Shown: positions 36,951 through 49,773, counted from the first letter of the stretch. The stretch: 64,000 nt of DNA from Chrysemys picta bellii (GCF_011386835.1 NC_088801.1:62930001-62994000); one strand, 5' to 3'. Made by a program: numbers and translations. The notes: generated from the sequence alone by a model not told the origin.

Positions 36951-38865
36951 TTTGGAATTGTCTGTTTCAAAGCATCACTTCTATAGTCACAACAACCCAT
37001 CAAGGTGACATCTTGACCAGCAAGCCAGTGTGCCAGGTGGCATCATATGCTGCTTTTGAGTCAAGAAGTACAGCCCCGGACATCATGGGGCACTGGGATC
37101 GAGGTTTCCAAGATGACCTCCAGCTCTGCTGCTGCTTCTCCAAATCTAAAAGTATGGAAAAAACAGAGGAGAGCTGCCTCCATACTTATCCAAACAAATG
37201 GTACCTGAGCCTCGTGGGATAGGGCTAATAGCTGTAACAGCAAAGGTTGCTGCTCAGACTGCTGAAATGAAATCAACAGTTTCCATCCGACAGATCACCA
37301 TGACCGAGACCGTGTGCACTGCAAGCTCTAGCCAGATAGACTGGTGAAGCAGAACAGACTTTCTGAAGTGGAAGATGATTTTAAAGAGAACAAATAACAG
37401 GTTATCAAGAACTGTAATGATATCAAGACCAAACTAATTGAGGGAACAGATAAAGGCAAAACTTCTGAATTTGTCTCTAAATTGCTAAATTGTAGGATTT
37501 TCTAGTCACTTTTTATTTTCATATAGACTGGGCATACCGGACCCTTGTCCCCCAGCCAGCTCTCGGCGGTTGGCTTAGAGCGTTTGATTATGAAGCTCCA
37601 CCACTAAGAAGCTTATACTGCAAAAATCGAGAGAGACATGGTTTGGTTATGGGAAGAACCAGCAATTAAAACACTGCTCTCTCAAGATTATGCCGTGATG
37701 TAGTTGGAATGAGGGCAGCTTTTAACCAAGCGAAACAATTGGCTAGGAAGTTTATTAAATACTTGGCTAAACTCTATATTAAGAATGGGGATAGTATTAT
37801 GCAGTTCCCCTCAGGAGGCAGAAAAATACCTCCAAATTCTGCAAACTCCCCTTTGCAAGACAAGACATCTATGGAATGATCAGAGCGTATGGAATTTTGA
37901 TATTGCTCTCTGACATCTGACATGGTTGCTGTAAACAAGTTGAGCGCTTATTGATATGTTAGTTTCTTTTCTCTTTTTTTTCTCTCTCATTGGGGCTGAA
38001 GGGTTAAAACGTTATTAACAATTTACTTCCTATTGCCTTAAATCATGGGGAAGGAGCATGAATGTAAAATCTATCTATCATCATTGCTTTATTAGATGGT
38101 GCTTCCTGATGGACTAAGGTTTATGAAGGTTCTATTGGTAAGAGATGACTACTGTCATTGTAATGTTCAGAGCCCCAGGGGCTGCGAGGATCTCCAAGTT
38201 TTGCCTGATCTGACTGCCCCCTCTGGTTAAAAAACAGTCCAAAACTACACACTTGATAAACAAATTTTTCTTTTTGATGGTAGGGTACTAATGTATATTT
38301 CTCTCTCCACTATCTTTTTCTGTCTTATTTTTATCACTTTATTTAGTCCCTCTTTCTGTCTCCATGCTGGGAGTTTCCTTCCCATGCCGGTAGAGTATGT
38401 ACTAGGTAGCTACTCTCTACCCCTGGATTATATAACTTTGGCTGCTTAGATATTTAAGAGTTGTTTACTGCACAGGAAAATTTTTAATGTCTCATTTATT
38501 CACTAAGGGTATGTCTACACTACGGGATTAATTCGAATTTATATAATTCGAATTTTGGAAACAGATTGTATAAAGTCGAATGTATGCGGCCACACTAAGC
38601 ACATTAATTCGGCGGTGTGCGTCCATGTACTGGGGCTAGCGTCAATTTCCAGAGCGTTGCACTGTGGGTAGCTATCCCATAGCTATCCCATAGTTCCCGC
38701 AGTCTCCTCCGCCCATTGGAATTCTGGGTTGAGATCCCAATGCCTGATGGGGCCAAAAACATTGTCGCGGGTGGTTCTGGGTACATCCTCCCCCCTCTCC
38801 AGGGAAGCAATGGCAAACAACTGTTTCGCGCCTTTTTCCTGGGTGAACAGTGCAGATGCCATACC

Positions 38866-40164
38866 ATGGCAAGCATGGAGCCTACTCAGCTCAAGACATC
38901 AGTCATGAACATTGTAAAGACCTCGCGCGTTATCGTGCAGTTTATGCTGAACCAGAACCTGCAAAACCAGGCGGCGAGGAGTAGGCTACGGCAGTGCGGC
39001 GGCGAGAGTGATGAGGACATGGACATGGAATTCTATGAAACCGCGGGCCCCGGTGCTTTGGAGATCATGCTGTTAATGGGGCAGATTATAGCCGTGGAAC
39101 ACCGATTCTGGGCCCGGGAAACAAGCACAGACCGGTGGGACCTCATAGTGTTGCAGGTGTGGGACGATTCCCAGTGGTTGCGAAACTTTCGCATGCGTAA
39201 GGGCACTTTCATGGAACTTTGTGACTTGCTTTCCCCTGCCCTGAAGCGCCAGAATACCAAGATGAGAGCAGCCCTCACAGTTGAGAAGCGAGTGACGATA
39301 GCCCTGTGGAAGCTTGCAACGCCAGACAGCTACCAGTCAGTCGGGAATCAATTTGGAGTGGGCAAATCTACTGTAGGGGCTGCTGTGATGCAAGTAGCCA
39401 AAGCAATCACTGAGGTGCTGCTACGAAAGGTAGTGACTCTGGGAAATGTGCAGGTCATAGTGGATGGCTTTGCTGCAATGGGATTCCCTAACTGTGGTGG
39501 GGCGATAGACGGAACTCATATCCCTATCTTGGCACCGGAGCACCAGGGTACCCAGTACATAAACCACAAGGGGTACTTTTCAATGGTGCTGCAAGCACTT
39601 GTGGATCACAAGGGACGTTTCACCAACATCAACGTGGGCTGGGCGGGAAGGGTTCATGACGCTCGCGTCTTCAGGAACACTACTCTGTTTAAACGGCTGC
39701 AGCAAGGGACTTACTTCCCGGACCAGAAAATAACCGTTGGGGATGTTGAAATGCCTATAGTTATCCTTGGGGACCCAGCCTACCCCTTAATGCCATGGCT
39801 CATGAAGCCATACACAGGCAGCCTGGACAGGAGTCAGGAGCTTTTCAACTACAGGCTGAGCAAGTGCAGAATGGTGGTAGAATGTGCATTTGGCTGTTTA
39901 AAAGGTCGCTGGCAATCGTTACTGACTCGGTCAGACCTCAGCCAAACCAATATCCCCATTGTTATTGCTGCTTGCTGTGTGCTCCACAATCTCTGTGAGA
40001 GTAAGGGGGAGACCTTTATGGCAGGGTGGGAGGCTGAGGCAAATTGCCTGGCTGCTGATTATGCGCAGCCAGACACCAGGGCGATTAGAAGATCACACCA
40101 GGAAGCGCTGCGCATCAGAGAAGCTTTGAAAACCAGTTTCATGACTGGCCAGGCTACGGTGTGA
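38866..40164 (+). CDS. Harbinger DDE transposase (HARBI1-like), about 432 aa, open frame
   Basis: GAIDGTHIPI, VDHKGRFTNINVGWAGRVHDARVF, LGDPAYPL, FNYRLSKCRMVVECAFG.LKGRW. ATG at 38866 in a good Kozak context, in frame with ORF 38716..40164. Confidence 0.92.
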   Translation: MASMEPTQLKTSVMNIVKTSRVIVQFMLNQNLQNQAARSRLRQCGGESDEDMDMEFYETAGPGALEIMLLMGQIIAVEHRFWARETSTDRWDLIVLQVWDDSQWLRNFRMRKGTFMELCDLLSPALKRQNTKMRAALTVEKRVTIALWKLATPDSYQSVGNQFGVGKSTVGAAVMQVAKAITEVLLRKVVTLGNVQVIVDGFAAMGFPNCGGAIDGTHIPILAPEHQGTQYINHKGYFSMVLQALVDHKGRFTNINVGWAGRVHDARVFRNTTLFKRLQQGTYFPDQKITVGDVEMPIVILGDPAYPLMPWLMKPYTGSLDRSQELFNYRLSKCRMVVECAFGCLKGRWQSLLTRSDLSQTNIPIVIAACCVLHNLCESKGETFMAGWEAEANCLAADYAQPDTRAIRRSHQEALRIREALKTSFMTGQATV

Positions 40165-40599
40165 AAGTTCTGTTTGTTGAAAACCCGCCCCCTTGATTGA
40201 CTCATTCCCTTTAAGCAAACCACCCTCCCTCCTTAAATCACAGCTTGCTTTTAAACGAAATAAAGTCACTATCGTTAAAAATAATGTATTCTTTATTAAT
40301 TGATTATAAACATAGGGAGAGAACCGACAAGGTAACCCGGATGAGGTTTGGGAGGAGGATAGGAGGGAAGTAAAAGGCCACTGAAAAAATTCAATATAAT
40401 AACAGCCTTTTGGTTGGGCTGTCCACTGGGGTGGAGTGGGAGGGTGCACGGAGCCTCCCCCCCCCGCGTTCTTACATGTCTGGGTGAGGAAGCTATGGAA
40501 CATGGTGAGGGGGGAGGGAGGTTATACAGCGGCTGCAGCGGCACTCTGTTATCCTGCTGCCGTTCCTGAAGCTGGGACGCCCCAGACGCCGGAGCATGT

Positions 40600-42394
40600 C
40601 TGTTTGATCACGCAGCAGCCCCAGCGTTGCAGCCTGCCACCTCTCATCTCAAGCGGGTGAGGAGGGAGGGTTGTTTGCTTAAAGGGAATGACCTCACGTT
40701 CACTGGCATCTTTCCTGTACTTAGATACTGTGTCCTTCCACTCATTCAAATGAGCTCTTTCATTGCGGGTGCATCCTTTATATCCGAGTACATCTCGTCT
40801 CGCGTCCTCTTTCTCCACCGCCTTATCTGAGATAGCCTTCGGGACGGAGGAAGGAGGCTTGAAAATTTGCAGCTGCTGGAAGGATGGAAAAAAGGAGAGA
40901 AGTTTTTAAAAAGATACATTTTACAGAACAATGCTTATACTCTTTCACAGTGAAAAACACTATTCACATTACATAGCACATGTGATTTCAGTACAAGGTC
41001 GCATTTTCCATCTTAATATTGAGTGCCTGTGGCTTTGGTGTTAGAGATCACAGACGCAGGTCCGGGCAACAGAATTCGGCTTGCATGCGGCCATGGTAAG
41101 CCATTGTCTTTTGGCTTCTGCGCCCTCCTTTCCCACATACCAAGCAAAGCCCGTTGACTGCTGCGGTTTTCCTGTTAACCTTCAGCAGCAGAAAACAAAC
41201 TCCCCCCCCCATCCAATTCTCTGGGATGATCGCTTTATCCCTCCCCCCACCGCGTGGCTGGTATCAGGGAAGATCCCTGCTAGCCAAAGGCGAAAAGCTC
41301 AGCGCCAATTTCCCCCCCCCCCCCCCCCACGCCCTTGGCTAACTGCAGGGAAGGATTTCTTTTCAGCCACAGGCAAATAGCCCAGTAGGAACGACCACCT
41401 CTGTCCCCTTAATTAAATGCCCGTATTTCAACCAGGTTACCATGAGCGATATCACTCTCCTGAGGATTACACAGCGAGATAAAGAACGGATGTTGCTTGA
41501 ATGCCAGCAAACACCGGGACCATATGCTGCCAGGCTTTGTCATGCAATGATACCAGATTATTTGCTACTAGCATGGCGTGGTCAAGTGTCCTACCATGGA
41601 GGACGGAAAAAGGCTGCACTGCCCAGAAACCTTCTGCAAAGGCTTTTGGAGTACCTCCAGGAGAGTTTCATGGAGATGTCCCTGGAAGATTTCCGCTCCA
41701 TCCCCAGACACGTTAACAGACTTTTCCAGTAGCTGCGAATGCATCCCAAGTCCTCAGGGCAAATTAATCATTAAAAACCGCTTGCTTTTAAACCATGTTT
41801 TATATTTTAAAAGGTAAACTCACCTGAGGTCCCTTCCATGGGGTCATGGTCTTGGGTACTGGCTTGGGAGGCTTGGGAGGGTACTTCAGTCAGGCTGAGA
41901 AAAAGATCCTGGCTGTTGGGGAGAACGGAGTGCCGGGTGCTCTCCGCAAGATCATCCTCCTCCTCCTCTTCCCCGTCCGCAGAATCCTCAGGTGTAGCTG
42001 ATGAGATTATCCCCGCCTCGGAATCCACGGTCAGAGGTGGGGTAGTGGTGGCGGCCCCCCCTAGAATTGCATGCAGCTCAGCACAGAAGCGGCATATCTG
42101 CGGCTCTGACCCGGAGCGACCGTTTGCCTCTTTTGTTTTCTGATAGGCTTGTCTGAGCTCCTTGACTTTCACGCGGCACTGCTCTGAGTCCCTATTGTGG
42201 CCTCTCTCCATCATGCCCTTGGAGATTTTTTCAAAAGTTTTGGCATTTTGTCTTTTCGAATGAAGTTCTGCTAGCACTGAATCCTCTCCCGATATAGCGA
42301 TCAGATCCAGTACCTCCCGTACGGTCCATGCTGGTGCTCTTTTTCGATTATCGGCCTGCATGGTTATCTGTGCTGATGAGCTCTCTGTGGTCAC
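40600..42394 (-). pseudogene. Harbinger Myb/SANT-like DNA-binding gene; exon 1 (41824..42394) open, exon 2 (about 40600..40875) frameshifted
   Basis: KRAPAWTVREVLDLI...RGHNRDSEQCRVKVKELRQAY followed by an acidic tract. Donor G|GTGAGT at 41823; polypyrimidine tract and CAG at about 40876. The downstream protein-like text is split between frames (RLSQIRR.RKRTRDEM in 40746..40931; TRNERAHLNEWKD in 40549..40818). Confidence 0.75.
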
Positions 42395-42999
42395 CTATGC
42401 TGTCCTGTGCTGGGCAAACAGGAAATGAAATTCAAATGTTCGCGGGGCTTTTCCTGTCTACCTGGCCAGTGCATCCGAGTTCAGATTGCTGTCCAGAGCG
42501 GTCACAATGGTGCACTGTGGGATAGCTCCCGGAGGCCAATACCATCGAATTGCAGCCACACTAACCCTAATTCGAAATGACAATATCGATTTTGGCGCTA
42601 GTCCGCTCGTCGGGGAGGAGTACAAAAATCGATTTTAAGAGCCCTTTATTTCAAAATAAATGGCTTCGTTGTGTGGACGGGTGCAGGGTTAATTCGATTT
42701 AACGCTGCTAAATCTGAATTAAACTAATAGTGTAGACCAGGCCTAAGTGGCTTTATATTTTAACAATGATGGCTCTGAGAACTAAGTGTGTGTCATGAAA
42801 TATAAAGCAAAAGTATATTCAATGCTTAAAGAGAATGCTGCCGGTGCCATGCTCCCAGAGACACATCTGACAAACTTGAAGTTTGTAAACTGAATAGAGA
42901 TGGGGTGGGCCTCTCAGTTTCTAGTTGCTTTAAATTCTTAAGTGAGGGGTATTGCTTTACTAATACCTCCCAGGACTATGAAGTTATATGGAGGGGTTA

Positions 43000-44160
43000 A
43001 GTGGAGCCAACCCTAAGTATGGACTGTACCACTTTGCCTTTGGGAAAGGCTTGCAGGGAGCCTGAATCTGGATGATGACTTTAGATCCACTTGGTGGTCA
43101 GTCAGGTCTCCTTTGGCATCAAACCATGCCTTGGTCTTTTCTGTCCTTTCTTCCACCACCACACTCCTCTGTAGCTGGAGAATCTCCATCTGCAAGTCCT
43201 GTATCCAGACTTCTGTGGCCAGATAGACTGGAACCAAGTTAATTATATCCTTCCACACATTCATCGGTCTTCCCGTCAGACCTCATTGGGGGAAAAGGCT
43301 GTGGAGTTGCATACCTAGCTCTGTTACGCATTGGTACCAACGGTAACACTTCATCCCAATTGCTGCATTTTTTTTTTGATGGTCCTATTTATTTGTTCAA
43401 CCTGTCCTGCTGCTGGCTGGCTGACAGGGAAGGGGATCCTTTTGTTATACGTCCAGCTGGGTGCACACTTCTTTGACAACTGACCTCACAAATCCGCTCC
43501 CATTGTCTGAGTCAATAACCTTAGGCCCTCCCCGCATCTGCAGAAGACATTGCTCACCAATTGTTTCACTCTCATTAGGGCAGTCACATATTTAGTGTGG
43601 CTGTCCATCTCCTCCCAATGTGAGAAAGCATTGACAACAACTAGCACATACTTGTTACCCCTTGGTGCTAAGGGCAACTCCCCAGTACAGTTGATTTGAT
43701 CTCCTTTTCATGAACCTCTGGGGACCCATCTCAGAAGAGCATTTTTACTTTCTGTGATAGCTGGATTGTGTCTGGCACAGATAAGGAGCATCTACAGATC
43801 CCTTTCCCATTGTTTACAACCTGTCTTTGGCCTCTGCCTGTTTGGGGTGGGCCCATGCACCCACAAGCGCAGATCTGTTTGCATATTTTGTGGTGCTATC
43901 CATAGTAAACCATTTTTTGATTTTACACAAAGGAGTTATTACTTTATTATACTAAATTTTGACCTACATTTATGTTTTGGCTGGAGGCTTGTTCCCAAAG
44001 GGGTCCTAACTTCACGTCCTGTTTTTGAATGTTTTGCAGCCGCTCCGCTTTTTGCCTTATTGCGATTTGTTGCTGGCCTCAAGTGAAATCTGTTACAGGG
44101 ATAGTTTTCCAAATGGTATCCCATGGCCAGGGTGGGCCTGTGTCTGCTGCATTATTGACT
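43000..44160 (-). mobile_element. Decayed Gypsy/retroviral-like integrase region (tandem-unit component)
   Basis: ORF 43486..43677 PLAPRGNKYVLVVVNAFSHW...VFCR; collinear with 28210..29350. Confidence 0.7.
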
Positions 44161-45032
44161 GCTAGGTCAACTGCCACATAGTTCTGCATTTGATTTCCCT
44201 GTTATTGGTAACGCGATATTTGTTCTGAGCCCATTATGCCAGCATGAACACAGCTCCTCTGAATACATAATTCAAGTCCAGAACAACGGTAAAATTAGAG
44301 TGAGATTTTTTTTATCATTACACTGATAACTTCGTCTAATTTTGTGTATACAGCTGACTTACTTTTCTGATCGTACTGTAAAGTGCTTGACCATTTTGTT
44401 TTTTACTTTGATCGCTGCTAATCTTTTTTGGTTTGTGTATATGGCTACTGTCACCTGTATTTCTAATCATTTTTAAAAAATTTGCTGGCATGATTTTTTT
44501 TAAAGATTGGATGCCAGGTGCTAGAGGGGTTGTTTTTACATATAGGCAGCATTTCTGTGTGCCTGGGTTCCCCTACCAGCCAGTGGCAAGTGGCACAGGA
44601 TTATGGGAGACACCAACCGGACAGCTGGTTTGGAGAGACTTTGATACCCTGGAAGTGGGGACTATACAGTGATCTAGCCAGAGGGCCAAGCAGGAAGAGG
44701 GGGGCACCCTGAGTCATCAAGACAGAAAGAAGGGTAACTGATGGAAGGGGGTGCCAGAGCAGGTGAGTGCTGATCCCCAGATGTACCCACAAAGAGGTAT
44801 CCCCAGCGTTGAGTGAACCCCACGACAGGCTGTTTAATACAAGCTCCAATACAGCACAGCACTTAAGCGCATACATAACTTTGTCAACGGGACTATTCAC
44901 GAGCTTCAATTAAGCACACGCTTAAGTGTTTTGCTGGATCAGGGCCTCACGCTGTCCCCCAGAGGCCATGCCAATTGCTTCCAGAATGCCAACAGGTTTT
45001 GGGCAGTCTGTCTAGAGATTTCTATTGAAATA

Positions 45033-45310
45033 GGGCAGGTCTACACTAAAAGTTCTGCACAGCTCAGCTGTGCCACTGTAGGGTTGTAATACAGGCGCTC
45101 CTACACCAACAGTAAAGTGTTCTCCCGTCGGTGTAGTTAATCTATCTCCCCAAGAGGCGGTAGCTATGTCAATGGGGGAAGCTCTTCCGCTGACTTAGCG
45201 CTGTCTGCACGAAGGGTTAGGTGGGTATAACTGTCGCTCAGAGGTGTGGATTTTTCATACCCCTGAGTGACGTAGTTATACTGATGTAGGTCTGTCGTGT
45301 AGACCCGACC
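45033..45310. mobile_element. Harbinger-type MITE (about 278 bp)
   Basis: GGGCAGGTCTACACTA ... GTGTAGACCCGACC|tta. Truncated duplicate at about 54216..54445. Confidence 0.8.
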
Positions 45311-46914
45311 TTAGTCAACCATATGACTATGGAATGTACTGGCAACAGGCTCTTGGCGATAATACTGTGTAGCTCTTATTACAAGTACCTTGCTACAATG
45401 CTGGGCTTCTCGCATAGAAAAAAGCTTGCATCGTTGATCTAAGTGCAAATCTCAACTTGGCCTGACCCATGGAGTCCCCATGAAGGGACTGTACTGTAGC
45501 CTGAGGGGTCAGGCTAAAACTGAATGTCTTGTTGCCTTTTCTCTTGTTTTCTGTATTTAATCTTGTCCCTGGTACACCGATAACTGTACGTACAGAAAAC
45601 CTTGTAGTTTTATAGACTAGATTAGTCTTTCTAAAACTGTGAACTCGCACCACTGTCCATGCAGAGAGTCAGGGATCAGGACTCATCTTACTGTATGTAA
45701 CAGTCTTTTCGGATTCAAAGTACATCTGCTGCTGGTAAGGCTGGGGAGCGCTGCATGGCTCCCCCTCCATTAGCCCATCGAAAGCTCTGTATGATTCTCC
45801 ACCAAAAGAGACAGGAACAGAAGTATGGGGCCCTTCCCCCCCCAAGGAGTGGGAGCAAGGGACCTCCAAACTCATGGAGAACAGGGTCCTTTGTCTCTCC
45901 GACCCTAAGATGAAGGGATAGGAGTAGGGTAGCTTCCAGGCCTCGCCCTTGAGCCTGGGTGTATCTGCTTGGGTGGGTGGACTGGGCCAGCAGCATTCTT
46001 CTTCTCCTACCTCCCACAGTCCTCTGCTGGGCTGGTGTTGGTGGCTACTACAGTTAACCTCACACTGAGGTGCATGGGGCTGTTCAGTCCTCTCAATTGT
46101 TTCAGGCTGGCTGCAGACTTGGGCAGACATCTCTGAATTAGTTCCAGCTGGGTTATATTTTCAAGCTCGGATAGAAACCACACCTTTCGTTACACAGTGG
46201 AAGTGCCAGAGTATTCAGATGATTCCAGGAGCTGGGGCCCTGGACCCAGGCCTGTGGTGCCTATGGCTAGTTAACCCTGCCCTGCCCTGGATCGGTGCTC
46301 AGGTAACTTTGGCCCGAGGCACGGTCCCTGGCTGGGGGGAGAGCTGTGACTGGCACTGACTCTCGGCTGGCAGAGGGATGTGGCTGATTCCTGCCATCAG
46401 GTGGGTGCCCAGCTCTGCCTGCTCCATGCCTGGTGGCTGAGGGGGCTCTGGCTGCTGCTCCCTGGTGATGCTCCCAGGGCCATCTGGTGAAGAAGCGAGG
46501 GCGGGAGCTCAGCCCAGAGCCACTCTAGTGCTAGCTCCAAATCTCTGGCCAGCGGTGGGCTGGAAGATTATGATCTAATCTGCAATTGACATCCTCTCTA
46601 TGGCCCGAGTCCTGTATGTTTTGGTTTCTTGGTCAGCCTCCTGCACTGCATTCTGGGTAAGGTGCCCCTGTACTCCCTTGTGTGGCTGCCTAGGCCGGAG
46701 CCATGGGTTTGGCTTTGGAAGTAGCTATGCAATGCTGGGGGAGGGCAGGGAAAAACGAGGGACAACTTTTGGTTCAGAAGATGATACTGTAGCCCAAGAA
46801 CACAGGACAAGCCTCGACGTTCCCCTTAGTACACTTACAACAGCACGTTGAGAGCACAATGGTTGCTAAAGCATTTTATTCACTGAGACCCTTCCAGGCG
46901 AAAGGCGTCTTGAT

Positions 46915-49773
46915 TCAGTAGAGATCAGTGGCTCGTCTCAAGGAGCCGACCTTGCCACTCATAGAGCCCCACTCGCTGAATCTCCGGTACTCCCCTGGCC
47001 TCAGTAGGTACTGGCGGCCTCTGTAATTTGGCAATTCGTAAAAGATCCAGTGCCCATCCAGCACAGAACAAGAGAGCATCTCGGGGGAGCGTAGCTGGTC
47101 CATGACTTGTGGAGAGTCCTCGGTTAACTCTACCATGTTGCCTCTGTGATCCTCCTTCTCATAGATCTTTATCCTGTAGGTGCCCCTGTGCTGTGACAGA
47201 AAATGAGACAGGGTAATAGTGACTGCAGCAGACTGGCTGCCTGTGATCCTGGGCCCTGAGTCAGCCCTGTGCACTGCTCCAGTGATGCAAAGGGCGCTTA
47301 ATGCTGCCTCTGGTCTCCAGAGGAGGAGAATCCCTGAATGCTGCAAAGGCAGCACATCCACCCATTTGAGTCGGAGCTATGCCAGCCGTGACTCCCACCC
47401 TTGGTGCAGGGAGCATGTCTGGGGTGGGGAGGAGGGAGCCCAACCAGACACAAGAGGGGACAGGGCTGCAGTGTACAACGCTGGCCAATCCTCAGCCAGC
47501 ACAGTGCTCCCATAGGCCTGGGGTTCTCAATCTTTCTTTTTCTGAGGCCCTGTGATGGAGCCTGCTTGCCCTGCACTGGTACCGCAAGGGTTAACTCTAC
47601 TCTTTGGGCTGAGGAGGCCACGCACCCTCGGCCCTGCTGGGCATGCTCCAGCTGGAGGTCAGGTATAAAAGGGAGCAGCCCAGCTCATTCAGGGCTGACT
47701 GCCGAGGAGGGAGGACGCCCGCTGCAGGCTCCAGCCCGGCAAGTGCTGAGGCCCCAGAGGAAGAAGCCAGAGACGCCAAGATCCAGGACAATGCCCAAGC
47801 TCCTGCAGGCGCCCAAGGAGCGACGGAGCTGCTGAGAGCCGCACAGGCTAAGGAGCCTACGGACATCGGAGATTCCAGGTCGACTCCACCAGGAACAGAT
47901 TAGGAAGTAGCTCAGGGGGACTAGGCATTGTACTGAGTGGTGTCCGTGTGTTTTGGGTGGATTCCCCGCTGACCCAGTGGCCAGCAAAATTCCCACTGTC
48001 AGGGCCCTGAGCTGGGACCTGGTGGAGCAGGGAGGGCACGGGCTCAGTCTCCTGAGCGGCCTGTCAGACCAAACAGCTCTACTGAAGAGGGCCATTATAT
48101 TGACTCTGGCTATTGGGCCATGCAGTCCCTCTGAACAGGGCAGCCCTGCTGACTCGGGCCACAAGGACACCCAGCCCTGAGAGAGGGCAGCCATATTGAC
48201 TTTTAGCCATAGGCCAAGCTATCCCAAGACAAGGGATGATCGTGTAGACTAAGCTGCAGGGCCATAATTACCCTCACCCCATCCCAAGAAGGGACGGGGC
48301 GTGCTTGCCCCACAAAAGGCCCCCTAACATGCTGTGTAAACTCCACGGCCCCCTGTGCCACAATGACTGTTTTTATGCATATAAAATCCAGGGCTGGCAT
48401 TAGAGGGTAGCAAGCAGGGCAATTACCCAGGGCCCGGTGCCACGGGGGCCCTGCGAAGCTCAGCTACTCAGGCTTCAGCTTCAGGCACATGTGGTGGGGC
48501 TCGGGGCGGTGGGGCTTTGGCTTCTTGCCCTGGGCCCCAGTGAGTCTAATGCTGGCCCTGCTTGGAGGACTCCCTGAAAGTTGCTCAAAGCTCTAGTTGA
48601 GAACTGCTGGCAGAGGCTACACTAAGTTCTGCTGGGGGGCGTTTCAGGCTTCAGAAGCCCCAGAATCAAGGAAGCAGAAAAGTGACTTTGTTCTAAAGAG
48701 TCAAAGGAAATATTGTGCCCAGTTCTCCCCTCACACAGGTATAACTCTCTGGGCTTCAAGGAGTTACTCCTTGTTTTACACCAGTGTGAGAGGACTGGGC
48801 CCAGTGTATCTCCAAATCCCCAGAAGTTACGGAAACATTTTCTCTTTTTAAGTCAAAGTATGTTCTCGGTCACTGTCCATATTCTTAATTACGGGACAGC
48901 TGTACCCACGCCCAGAACAGGCAGTAGCAGGGGAAACTTTCCTATCCTATCCCTGTAATGTCCCCCCAGCCATCCTGGAGGGACGACGACAAGGAGGAAG
49001 AAAACAGTTCTTGTTTTCAGTCCTTGGTAGCTAAGCTGAAAATGATCAAGCAAGTGCCTTACGATGGTGGCTTGGGCAACACTGCCATTTTTTAAAAGCA
49101 AAATTGAACTCACAGGTGGGATCATCCGGCAGGACTTAATGGAGGTGCTGAAACCCTCAGACTGCATGTCGGGATAATCCCCCCGTTTCAGAAAGAACTG
49201 CTGTCCCTGGAAGTTGGGACGTTCATAGAGCATGAAGCAGCCACTTTCCACGCGGACGGAGTTACAACGGCTGAGCTGACTTTGAAAATCCGGCCGGTCG
49301 CTGCTGCACTCAACGGAACGGCCCTGGAAGTTTCTGTCTTCGAAAAGGGTGATCTAGTGCGAGAAACAAACGGCAGAGTTTGCAGTAACATCCTATACAG
49401 TGTGACTGCGTCCTGGCATTCCAATTTCCCTCCATCCAGCACACTAAGCCTGAAGTGTCTGGGCCTTGCATTTTACTCACAGTGATGATAAACTGATATA
49501 CTCCTGTGACTTCAGTGGGATTGATCCTCATTTACACAAGTGTAAGCGAAAGCAGAAATGGGCTGTGAGAGATTAATATACAGGGACTAATTGAGGGAGT
49601 AGGTCCCCTAGCTCTGCATTCTTGATTCTCCTCTCCTATTGGTATAGGCCAGGAGTAACTCCTTTGAAATCAACAGACTAACTCTGATGTAAATGAGAGG
49701 AGAATCAGGTCCCTGTCTTCAGACTGACATACCAAACAATCCAGTCCAGACAGGTTTCTCTTACCTTTCCCAT
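46915..49773 (-). CDS. CRYG: Gamma-crystallin, copy 5 (174 aa); join(49765..49773, 49114..49353, 46915..47190)
   Basis: Exon 1 ATGGGAAAG (MGK) | [11 protein letters not shown]...CRMIPP | HRGTY...VLDGHWIFY...GEYRR...[13 protein letters not shown]. Intact splice sites. Confidence 0.95.

Larger units (their letters stand above)
38507..42743 (+). mobile_element. Full-length autonomous-type PIF/Harbinger DNA transposon (4237 bp)
   Basis: TAA TSD at 38504..38506 and 42744..42746; TIR core GTCTACACTA at both ends; convergent transposase and Myb/SANT genes. Empty site cactaag at about 27901..27907 and 50645..50651. Confidence 0.95.

Noticed and set aside
44860-44935. Imperfect hairpin (cagcacttaagcg ... 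cgcttaagtg...gctg) as a possible miRNA precursor; duplicate near 54035..54120
   Set aside because: More simply a short palindromic MITE remnant; no evidence of processing can be read from sequence.
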